This document shows positions 10,140 to 21,700 of a DNA stretch of 64,000 nucleotides, one piece after another (within the stretch, counting starts at the first letter, position 1; each line of letters starts with the position of its first letter). The notes beneath the pieces were generated by a model that made no database searches, had not been told where the DNA came from, and was given only the letters and a program-made list of their open reading frames with translations. A program made the position numbers and the translations under genes. The stretch comes from Raillietiella orientalis (taxonomy: Eukaryota): assembly GCA_036172245.1 (NCBI GenBank), contig JAYWIR010000013.1:2666001-2730000 (forward strand), in the 5' to 3' direction.

Positions 10140-11983
10140 ATCAATAAGGTAGGCGGGGAGAAGAGGCAGTCCCGCGCGCCAAGAAAGGCGCACGAAAAAG
10201 CCTCCGTTGCCGTTGCGCGCGCTGTCGCAGTCACCCGCGAAGGAAGGGGAGGTGCCGACTTCGCGACCCTGCAAGGGCGATCGACGCCGACAGCACCCTC
10301 TAAGAATTCTGGACCAGCTCCGAGCTGCCAGCCAAGGACACGGCAGGCAAAACACCCGCCACGCGTGCGGAATTCCGACTCCGAGGTGGATCCGAGGGCA
10401 GCGCAAAGGCTCGCCAAGCCCCGGCTAAACCCAGGGCTGCGCGCAAGCCCAAACTTCCCAGGCAAGAGCCTGATGCCGGAAACGCTTCCCGATGCTCCTC
10501 GGAGCCCGAGGCAATGGTCCTCGACTCCACCGAGCCAGCCGCGAGCGGCGCGGCGGAGACTGGAAGCGCTTGCGCTCCCCCATCCGCCGTGCTCCCGGCT
10601 GATGCCTCGCCGGACGGGGCGAGGAACGCACCTCCATGTCCGTAGCAGCAATGCGCGGTCTCGCTTCTTCCCGTGGCGTCCGAGTGGCCTGTTGGAACGT
10701 CAACGGGCTGCAGGACAACGAGAAGAGGCGATTGGTTGCCAACGTCTTGCGCGACTTCGATCTGGCCCTGCTGCAGGAGATTCACGCACTCTCCGAGCAG
10801 CAAGCGGCCGATCTGCAAGTTCGCGCAGGCGGGACGCTCCATTGGAGGTCAGGCTCCCAGAATACCTGCGGAGTCGCATTCCTTGTCCGGGGCAGGGTGG
10901 CGGGAGCGGTGCGGAGCGTTTGTTTCGACGAGGAAGGTCGTGTGGGCCAACTTGTTCTCCAGTGGTCCGAATCGATCAACCTTGTCGTCACGAACGTGTA
11001 CGCGCCGAGCGGCTCCGCGCGTCACACCGAGAAACTGGAGTTTTCCGAGAGACTGCGCGACCGCTGGCTCAGCAACTCCGGCCCCGACGTGGCTCACCTC
11101 GTAGCCGGGGACTTCAACGTCCACGCGCTAGCGGAGGAGTCTCACCGTCGCCGGGAGAAACGGCTGGTGAACGAGGTGTGCGCGTCCGTGCACGCCTCGA
11201 ATTTGCTGGCCGACGATCCCGGGATGCGTGCTTTGCCGGACCATGTGTTCCTCGACGATCACCTGCATTGTCGGGTGGGTCGAAGAGGTCCCGTGCCGTC
11301 CGAGCTTTCCGACCACTACAGGCTGGAGTTTGAGCTACTCCCGCCTGGCAAGGGCCCTCCGACGCACGTCTGGAGGTTGCCGGCCGACTGGTTTAGAAAT
11401 CCGGAGGCTGCGGAGCACCTCCGCCAGCATCTCGGGACCTTTGCCGTTCGAGAGCTCGTGGACTGGGACGATCTGAAAAGATCGGTCCGCGAGTTCTGCA
11501 GTCGGTTCCCCTTGCGCCTGCTTCCCCGTGGCTCCGGTGAAGGCGTGGCCAACAGCAGAGAGTTTCTGCAGGCCCGCCAATTCTCCCGATGCCCGGACGT
11601 CCGGCGCCTGGCGGAGTACAAGTCCAGGGCCGAGTGCCAGGTTTGGCAGTCTGGAGCGGCCTGTCTGCTCGATGACGCTGGCCAGGAATGCTCGGCTGCA
11701 GCCGACGTACACTACGTAGTCAAGTGCTACTACTCCTCGTTGTACGCGGAGGAGCCCACGGAACGCAGTCTCTCGGAGCTGCTTATTCCGACGGGTAACC
11801 CTGCTATCGACGAGGAGGAACGCTCCAGATTGGATTGGCCCTTCACGGCGGAAGAAGTATCTTCCGCCATAGCGGGCCTGAAGAGGCGTAAGGCGCCTGG
11901 GGAGGATGGCCTGCCCGCAGTGTTCTTTCAGTGCTTCGCGGCGCAACTCATCCCCCTGTTTCAGAGGCTTTCCGCGCTGATGC
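10140..11983 (+). mobile_element. L1/Tx1-like element 5' portion: ORF1 tail plus ORF2 (10636-) APE endonuclease and start of RT, truncated
   Basis: APE motifs VACWNVNGL, LALLQEIH, CGVAFL, EGR, VTNVYAPS, VAGDFNV, DHVF and SDH, followed by LDWPFTAEEVSSAIAGLKRRKAPGEDGLPAVFF (pre-RT). The frame is open but runs into the antisense element end at ~11984. Confidence 0.92.
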
Positions 11984-13920
11984 GGTTTGAACCCGGTTGC
12001 GCCGGGACGTTCATTAGTGAAAACAAACCACAATCTTGATGGGAAATTCATCCCCTCAAGACACAACAAACGCCCATACAAAAAGTTCAGCCTGGAAGGA
12101 CCACCGGCACGCAGGCAGGCTTCAAAAAGAAGGGAACAGGGGGAGAGGGGTACAAAATAAACAAAACAAAACAGAACAAACAAAAAAACAGGGGAGGGCG
12201 GGGTCAGGGATCTTGGTATCAAACGTTCCTCATCTTTCTAGAAGCGCCGTTTGACGATGACGACTTCCCTGGAGACTTTTCTGGGCAGATGAGGCCACCT
12301 GACAGCTACCTTCATAAGGTTCGCGGCTATCCTGGCGGCGTCCATTCGCTGCGAGCTTCCTTCTAGTCTACGGCGGGCGATCACGATGGCGCGGATGCAA
12401 GAGACTGTTGCGATAACAGCGCCTTTATCCAGTCCGTCTTCGCTGAAGAAGCGTCGCAGCAGGTCGATGGCAGTGTCCTGGGGACGACGAAGTGCCGAAG
12501 CAAGTCTCCGCCATAACTCCCGCAAGTCACTGCAGTCCAGGAGCAGGTGCAGAAGCGATTCTATCTTCCCGCACCTGAGGCAGTTCGGGGAGACGACTCC
12601 CCCGGAACCCAAGTGTCTGCGTTTATTGCACTGAAATCCCCATTGCAGGAAAAGCAGAACATCCTGTTTCCATCGAAGCGGGAACACGGAGGTGCCCACA
12701 CACAAGGAAGGGCCCACGAGGTCTTCGGGAGTAATCCAAGAACCTCACTCCACCGAAGGAGTCCCTTTGCCGGGTAACGAGGAGTGGCAGCCTCTACCAA
12801 CACGCGCGTATTGCAGCCGCTCAGCAGTCTTTCCACTCCTGCAATGCTGCAGAAGAACTCCCACCTTGCCGGTTGGCTACTGTCGTTGTTTGCCCTGAGA
12901 GCAGACAGCGCTGCGGCGATAGGTGAGACGCCTACCCGGGACCAAAGCGACCAGTCCTGTAGGATAACTCCTAGCGGTTTGCGTAAGAGGCCCTTTAGAG
13001 GTCGTAGTTGCTCTGGGCGCACATCCAAAGTGGAAGTCCAGTGCTCCAGAGCTTCCTGCTGCCAAGCATTCCAGTTGAAGGGGCGGCAGGAAATCCAGGA
13101 ATGGGCTAACAACAACGAGGACAGATGCCTTAGTGGGTAGCCAAATCCAGTTCTCCGGCGATGGTTGCGCGGCAGCAACGAAAGCAGTCCTGCATTGCCC
13201 ACACATCGCTGGAGGATATGGCGAGCCGGAGCACACCAGTGACTAGACCACAATTTCCCACAGAGGAATAGAATTCGGAACTGCACTTGCAGTCCAATCT
13301 TCTGGATGTTCAGAATGCCCAGGCCTGCGTCCTGGCATGGCGCCACCAAGTCTTTAAGGCGAACCCTGAATCGTGCAGCGCCCCACAAGACCTTACGTAG
13401 GAGACGCTGCGCCCGGAGTTTAACCACATAGGGAGGTGGGCAAACAAAAAATAAGGGGCGGAGGAGGGGGGCAAGAAAGTGTTTTATATGCACGCCCTTT
13501 TCGGCAAGACGAACTTGCCTTCCAAGAACTTGCCTAGAGACATCTCTGCCTTTTGAAGACAGGCCGACCACGATTCAGACTAGCAGAAGTCGCTTAACGG
13601 AACGCCAAGGTACTTGAAGTACCTGACCGTGGGGATCCCCAGGCGGATCGAGTCGGCCTGCCCCTTTCACGACGCATCCACCGGCACCACGGAGCACTTC
13701 TCCCTGTTAACGCTCATGCCCGCTCCACGACGGATCAGCTCGAAGAAGTCTTCGACCGATTCCGGCGGAGTGGACATGGGCAACAGAAGCAGAAGGTCGT
13801 CGGCGTATGCTGCCGCGGACAACCACCATCACCCCCTCCCTGCACTGCCTCATGCAGATCAACCTTTTCCCACGCTTCCTTCGTCTTGCGGTTATCCGAG
13901 AAGGGCCGTGCAGCACTTTT
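11984..13920 (-). mobile_element. L1/Tx1-like element 3' half: RT (YADD), zinc finger, 3' UTR
   Basis: AAAYADDLLLL (YADD at 13796-13807), VNREKCSV, FKYLGVPL, KVLWG..DLVAPCQDAGLGILNI, zinc finger CLRCGKIESLLHLLLDC, stop near 12238, T-rich 3' UTR 12010-12237 and a terminal hairpin motif. Several frameshifts and stops. Confidence 0.9.
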
Positions 13921-15340
13921 CACCTACAAGGTCAGGACTGAGTGAATCAGGAGCTGGGTATACTAACCAGACGCGGCTCAGAACGATGCATATGCGCTAC
14001 CACTATCTCACACGGCATTCCTACCACAGCACTGTTACGATGCCGCACGCCTAGAAGAACGACCCGTGCCTCACCCTGAAGAACTACAATGAAGACGACA
14101 AAAAATGCATCAAAGGTTGGCAACGTGCAGAAGCAATGTTTCCCATTATCGACAAAGTCGCCGAAGGAGGCACACCACGCCCACAAGGATATTCACACCT
14201 CGTCCATGCCAGGACACTCCTCCGAATGAAAACCGTCTTTTTTGCAAGGGTCCACCAAGAAGCAGCCAAAGTAACATCCAACACCGCTCCCAGCAGGACA
14301 GTCATCCTCACGACTACGGAACCAACAACGTTCACCAGGACGGCACGTGCGAACCGAAAGTCAGTCGCCATCACAGCATGTTGTGTGTTTCCTTTTTGGG
14401 TCATGAGCTGAAGAAAAGGCGGAAAATCCGAAAAATGGATTTCGGAACAGCTCACACGGTTCTATGCCAAAAAGAAAAACTTGGTTAAGGAGTGTATGTT
14501 ACTTCAACGAGCTTCTCGAGTCAAACATCCTCTCGTCGGTTTGCGCCCGCGGCCATGGCAACACCAACCGTCCGGCGAGCGTCCTCACACATATCCTCGT
14601 CGGCTTCCAGGTGTTACGCTTCGATTTTTACTTCCACAGTGTACAGGAAAAAGCTTTCCCCTGATACGCAGTCAGCTAATCGAAACCATAGTGTTCAACC
14701 ACAGCTCTACGGAAGGCATTTCTCGTTCAAGGCCGAGCTCACCTCTCTTCAGCTTCGTCCCGGTCACCGCCGGAAGGCGTTTTCCACATCCGGTTAGCTC
14801 TTCGCCAGCACCTTATGGATAAGTTTCAAACAAGTCCGTCCTTTGCATAGGGTCCTGAAGAAACCCTGTCTTAGAGGCACCAACCACTGGCTTCTGGTAG
14901 CAAACCATGAGATTCGTGCGTCGTTGGGCGCATTCTTTCTCACGCAGTTATGTTATTTTCACCAAAAGAGACGAAGAGATTTTCACCGATTGCACTAAGA
15001 AAAGCACTTGCGCGAAAGAAAGAAAAGGTCCTCATTTCGTGCTTTGCCGAACTCTGCACGGATTCTTCTTCCATGGTCGTTATCGTTCTTTTACGGTTCA
15101 TCACAACCGGCTAACAAGAAATACAGTACAGTACAAAGCTGACAGATGTTACATGAATGTTCCAGGTGTCTGTGAGATTGGAAGGAAAATGTTTCGATCT
15201 GCAACCGTTTGCTGACGCCATGAGGCCGCGAGACCACTAACGCAGGAGATGACTCCGACACTGCAGTAAGACGGAAAGGTCGATCACGGAAGAAAACTTT
15301 TCCTAGTCGTATGCCTTGGACCGATAATCAGGGAGAAAAA

Positions 15341-15360
15341 GCAGCAGCAGCAGCAGCAGC
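15341..15360 (+). repeat. (CAG)6 microsatellite
   Basis: gcagcagcagcagcagcagc. Confidence 0.8.
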
Positions 15361-16789
15361 TGACCAATTTCAGCTTGAAGAAAACACGGCACATATGGGC
15401 GCATTTAAGACTGCACCGTCCGTGCCTGCAGAAGCAGCTGCCGAAGTCACTGTAAAACCGCCCAAGTTGATAGAGCAGCCGTAGGTTGCTTACCTCAGCT
15501 AAAGAGATCCACCGTGTAGCCATGGCAACTTTCACGAGGAATCATTTTTCCAACGAGAATGCCAAATGTTCCCAGTAAAAGAACGGACAAGAGCTGAATG
15601 TTTTGCTCTGAGAGTAGCGATGTGCACGGTACAACCCGAAAACCCTTTCGACATCTTTCCACGCTGAAGCGGTAACCATGGCCGCCGCTGCAAACTTTGA
15701 TGAGCTCGAAAGGATCCGATTCGACGTGACCACACACCTCGAGGGAATGTGTAGACTCACGAATACAGAATCGCTACCCAAGCAGTAACCCAAATTTTCT
15801 TTTGGGGGGAGGGGAGGGGGGGGGGAGAACCCCATCTTCGACTTCTCGGAGCCAATTCAACTGGACACGAGCTTCAACGCGTTCTCAACAGTCCTTGGAA
15901 ATTTCTGAAAATTTCCTCGTTCCAGAAAATTCCTCTTTATTCTCTACATTCTCAAAACTCCAAATTTCATTTTATAAAAACACACATGGAGAGGAAGAGA
16001 AGAAAAAAAAAAAAGAAATCCCGATTTCGAAAGCCTCCGTCCTGCTTTCATTTCGACGGACCTGCTGACTTGCACCCCAATCTGGAAAGCGATTAGACAG
16101 GTAGAGGGAAAGACGAGCGCCGATCTTGCGATGGTGATTCCCATTGCGTCAGAGCACTTCCCGGGAAACGGAGACCCCCGAGTGACTTTCCCGTTTCCTT
16201 CAGCCCTGCTTATCGATACTGGAAGTTGGCAAGCCGGAAGCGTACTCTCGGGATCCTCTGCCTCTGAGAGAAGAAGCCGACCGAAGGGTTTTCGAAACGG
16301 TGGTGCTGGTTCAAAACTCCACTGACCACAGGTTCCCGATTCGTGATGGGCGCCATGCTTGCAAGTCGAGGCACCGTTGCCCTCCGTTTGGACTTTGCCC
16401 GCGGCCGCAACCACCTCGTAGAACACTTAGCGTCACGGCAGCAATCGCTGCAGCCTTCATTGGTCTTCTTCTTCCTTCATAATGAATTTTGACGGACGGA
16501 TGCCGCAGGAACGATCTGCGACGCATTTCGTTCACTGGGCGTTCCACATCTCAGCATCCGTTAGAAAACAACGAGGATAAGAAAAATATATGAGTGTGTC
16601 CGCGTGCACACAAACTCAGCAAATGCGAAAAACCGTGTCAAAATATACTCTGAATAGATTTTATCTAATACAGTCTTTATCGTACAGTCTTACAATAAAT
16701 ATGTTTCTGAGATCACATAAATTGTTTTGCTTTAAAGTTTTGGATTGGGGATGGGGTGGGGATGGGGGGGGAGGGGGGAGGAAGGGGAA

Positions 16790-18716
16790 TCACAACCACG
16801 GATGCCACGCTGGATCCATACGGCACAAATTGTCATGGCTATTGGCAGCAGCTACTAACGTCGTGACCTGGACACGAATACACAATGGGGTGACGCGAGT
16901 TTCCCTTCCGCAAGTACAACATCCCACCTTGCTCTCGGAGCCATCAAATATCGCCAGACTCTGCAACCTGTTCATGATGGCGTTCACTGCCTTGTTGACG
17001 AGGACAACCACCTGTTCGTTGTCGGAACCTTCCTGGCTCGAGATCTTGTCCTCCTGGCACTGCAAACGAAAGGCAGCATGGGAGCCGCACCGCGGCGCCC
17101 CCGTGGGCGAGTGGTTACCTTCCTGTTCCACACGATCATCTCGTCTCTTAGCACGGCCCTCAACAGGGCCTGCAGCTTGAAATTGGGATGGTGCAGGCAG
17201 CGGGCAACCGCGATCATCGCCGCAGTCAAGGGGCCGTTGACGCCGATGGTCGTCAGGAACTCGGATATGTTAGGAGTAAGGCGAAAGGGGACGGGGCGAT
17301 TGGCATCCAACTCGCCTGGAACGAACTCTCCGTGGACGGGAAGCAGACCGGAAGATTACCGTTCAGATCCTCGACGTCAAACTTGAAGTACGCCACGTTG
17401 GCGAGTCCAGAATCCTGGTGTATGTACAGCATGTCCGGGTTCAGCCTCGTGAAGTGCAGAACGTATTCCGCGAATCCCAGCAGGGACAGTTGCAAGGTCA
17501 GCTGGGCAGCACGGGATGGGGGCATCGCGGTTCCGATCCGCCGGCCTTACCATTTTCCTGAAGATCCTGTACGACGTGGCGGAACGGAACGCCTCCAGGG
17601 CCCAATCCTTCAACATCGTGCGGGGAACCATTGCCGGCTGGACTTCCTTCAGGATGTCTCTTAGCACTTGGTGGCTTGCTTGAGAACCACGGGCCTTGGG
17701 CATACGAAGGATTACCGGACTGAGGAGCCATCCAACCAACCTGCACTGTCGCCAGGCGGTCGTAGTAACGGGCGATGGGAGTATCCGTCTCGATGCCTCT
17801 GTTGGAGCACAGCTTCTTGAATATGTGCAGGAGCGAAACCGAACTGACCCTGTCTTCCACTAACCTCATCTGAGGAGAAACCGCGACCACCCTCGCCACT
17901 GTAAAGTTGAGGAAGCGGCGAGCGGTTTCCTTGTTTGAAAAGAGAAAAGGGACAACGCTTAGTCGGGCGGCAAAGAGATATGAGCTCCGATCGAAAATCA
18001 CGCTCGTAATTCAGATCTTATCAGCCTTGGGTCACTTGAAGACCTCCTGCATCAAACAGGATCTCCTCTCTATTACTGAATTCATCACGTTAAAATGGAA
18101 ATCTACGAGTCTTCCTTTCGCAAAAAAAAAAAAAAATCAGCAATAAAACAAAACACACGCTGCACACAGCCACCGTTAGCCGTTATCAGTAAGGCAAACG
18201 ACGAGCACCGAAATGAAAAACGAAGATATAAAAGAGCCACCGAGCAGAACAAAACCCCCGTGACGGTGACAGCATTCACACTTCTTGGAGCAAAAGCAAA
18301 AATGAAACAAAGCAGCATGCAGCTGCATTTCAAGGGAGCGAAAGTCACGTTAGTTGAATCGATGAAACAAAAAACTGAATGACAGGTGGCAGATGCCAAA
18401 ACAGAAAGCGACAAGGTGACTTGACTTTTTGACCTCTCGTGACCTCAAGCGTTTGGGTTCAATCGTTCCATCAGGACAGTTGGAAGTTGGCCACGTTTAC
18501 CTTTTGCTTTCCCAGGTAATGATTCAACATCCTCAGCAGCTGCAAAGCACGTTCCTCGCTGCGTGCATCACTCAGACTAGAATCGTTCACCACTAGATAA
18601 GGATACAATTTCCCATTGTGTCCTTGAATGTACAGCCTCCGTGCAGCCGTATTGTGCTTCTGGACTATGTCCACACGAGGCATGAAACGAGCAATTTTCA
18701 CATAATAATGGGAATG
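16790..18716 (-). CDS. TRRAP: TRRAP C-terminal exons: PI3K/PI4K-like pseudokinase domain plus FATC
   Basis: [67 protein letters not shown] and NVAYFKF. The DxxxxN and DFG catalytic motifs are absent, as is established for TRRAP. Ends in [12 protein letters not shown] with the stop at 16790-16792. Confidence 0.95.
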
Positions 18717-21700
18717 CTGAAAACAAAAACACTGCATAAATAGTAACCCAAAAGACAAACACACAAATTGATATTTTTTTCCTTCAGATGTCCACAAACG
18801 TAGAAAAAACAAAAAACTCTGCAAAGAAAGCTGACAGGAACAATACCTTGGGAAGAAGGAATTCGCCTGGTAGTTCTACATCTGCAGTTTGCTGGCAGAA
18901 GTTACTCAGAAATCGACACTTTTCTTCCATTAAAAAAGACCTGAAACACAAAAAGGAAAATGATTAGACCCTGGAGACATGCTTCCAGTATCGGAAAGGG
19001 GGTGGGGTGGGGGGTGAGGAAGATGGGGATGAGCTCCGCAAAGGCTATACGTACTTTGGCAGCAAACGAGTTTTGGCTTCCAAAATTTTAATCCATTTCT
19101 TCAGTTTTTGAATCAGATTATGCAGCTTCATGGCTCCCGGTTGATTGAAATCGAAATCGGAGCTGAATTGCCCTTTCATTTTTTGGAAAACAGGATCTTG
19201 AGCTGTTGCCTGAACCCGACGTGCCAAGCTCTCCGATGCAGCGGAACTGAATGTTGAGTTCACACTACTATTGATGTTTTCTGAAAGGAAAAAACAAGAA
19301 AATGGGAGCAAAACATAAAAGGGAAGGGAAACGAAAACAACAAAGTAAGAATGAATTAAGACAGAAAGATCATTATGGAATCATCAGATTTCGGTTCAAC
19401 TTTTTCTTGTGCGAAGATACATCAGGGCATATTTTCGAGCAGGCTTCGAACAGAATAGTTGCATAATAGGGAAATTACATGTGTGAGGCATTCAATGTGT
19501 AATCGGAAAGCATGCAAATTTAAGGACAGAAGTGAGTTTGCCCTTGGAAGACCACTGGAAATGCTGAATCGCTTATGGGCAAAAATAGCCTGCAATTCAA
19601 ACACCCTGCAAGTTAAACACTGCTACAAGTTTTTTGATCCTCAATTTTACTTCAATGATCCAATATAATTGGATGAAAATATCTGGAGTTTAACAGAAAA
19701 ACAAACAACAATCAATCGGATGCAACCTGATACATAAATTAAATATGAGAGACCAACTATATTGGTCCCCAAAAGATTGATCCGTAAGACATCACAAAAA
19801 TAAAATGCAAACCAACGGTGATTCTCGAGTTGCATAAGATACCCTAGAAAGGCTGTGCACTGCTTGCGGCATGTCTGCCAATCTAGTGATTTTACATCCA
19901 GGGAAAAAAACTCGCACCCGCTTCATTCCAAAAGAGCGGGACACTGCCAAGAAAGAAGGATAGTAAAACTATTCACGTGCTGAATATCTCAGGCGATCCA
20001 GAGATCGCCTGATATTTGGCAGGTGAATCAGATTGGCACAGCAAGATTGCTGAAGACACTTAGGCAATGCTGATCTTTGGGGGGGATTTATTCGAGAAAA
20101 ACTACACCAAAGTGCTTCTCGTAATGAAAATAATTGTCATCATCGCCAAGGAAACCAAACAGTGACCTGAAGATCATTACTAGGGAATGTGGCTAATAAG
20201 ATAAACCATTTAAAAGGGGTGAACAAGTGTCAGTTCGGATATGCACTACAACGAGAATGCTAAAAGCTTGCAGTTTAGAAGTTTAGTAAACGGCTCAACC
20301 ATACAATACGGCCTGTATGTTGTTCGATCTCTTCTGAAAGCACAGGATGGGACAAAACTATTGCTGGAAGTTATGCGTGAAAAAAATCATGAATATGCGG
20401 AAGGATATCAATAGCAGCCATAATAACGATTTTTCAGCTCCTGACTTATGATAACACGAAAATGTTTAAAGATGGGAATGAATAACCTTAAGAAGATAGA
20501 AAAAAACATACAAATACATCAAGTGTTTAAATTTTTAGGATCTACAAATAACCAAAATGACGTCACATCAATTTATGACAGATTTTGCTTACCTACTCCT
20601 ATACCAAAAGTTGCTACGAGTTTTTTCACAAAGTTCAATGTATGAGGAGTGATTGTGGCTTCAGCGACTGCACCACGGTTCTCGAAAGCAATTGCATAAC
20701 ATTTTGCCAACCCCTGTCTCAGCTGTCTCAATACTTCTTCGTACCAATTTTCCCTGAACCAAACCATCTGATCAACAATTCCTTCTAGTGAAGAAAGAAT
20801 GGTAGGGTGCAAATCTCGTTGCATATGCATGATGCGAGAGCACCTCCACATGGGTGGGGTCGCTTTTATTGGATTAGTTTCCTGATTAGGAGGGGCTTTC
20901 ATCTCTGCATCTGAAGTACCGTCATCGAAATGGTCAACCAAATGCTTTTACATACCATGAGTATTACTATCCGAATTCTGACTGGTTGCTGTAAGTGGAA
21001 CTGTGCGCTCTACTGACATAAGTTCACCACTTTTGTATCTTTCTCTCTGCTCAATTTTCAATGTGAGATATAACGTCCGTATTGGAAAATAAACTGCCTG
21101 TGGAAACACTCTCCCGACCTACAACAAAATCACTAATAAACCTAGCGGTTCTAAATCTGCAATGCACAAGAACCCCCTGATTTCTTTTCAAGAAAAAATT
21201 TCAATATGAAGACTCAATACAAGTTAAACTCTGCATATAGATTGATGCCTTCAAATACGCATGTAATTATAAACTATCAAGACAATTAGATCAATAAATT
21301 AGCAAATGCAGCTTCATGTGCTTTTTTTGAATTAAAATGCAAATTCTTTCTAAGATTTGCTAAAAATTGGACAAGTTGCATATGTTATAGGCAGATTCCA
21401 GTTTTTTCTCTTGGCTGTTACCGTTCTTATTCATTAAAATTCTTGAACACATGTGCAGAACTTGGAAATTTAGCAGATAAAAAAGTCCATTTCAGGAATT
21501 TCAAAATCATGTTAATACCACTGGATAATACGAACCTGACTAAGAAGATTCAAGAGCAATTTTCCCTCATTTCTAACAAGGCAAGTTAATAGCTGTGGCA
21601 CCCATGGAAGCCAATGAACAGGAGGTACTCCAACAGTATATTTGTCTACTGTTTCTGCCAAAGAAGAGCGATCATCATCAAATGTCAGCAACCAAAGCAC

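Noticed and set aside
9915..11333. 472-aa plus-strand ORF, and the 509-aa minus-strand ORF 9122-10651, as genes
   Set aside because: Both are GC-rich composite or shadow frames crossing separate retrotransposon fragments. Only sub-segments carry recognisable motifs.
11984..11996. tRNA gene or B-box (GGGTTCAAACC on the minus strand)
   Set aside because: No cloverleaf or A-box is present, and the corresponding positions differ in copies B and C.
14000..16550. Possible host gene downstream of TRRAP (e.g. ORFs 15944-16426, 15542-15835)
   Set aside because: No recognisable domain or consistent exon chain. Left unannotated.
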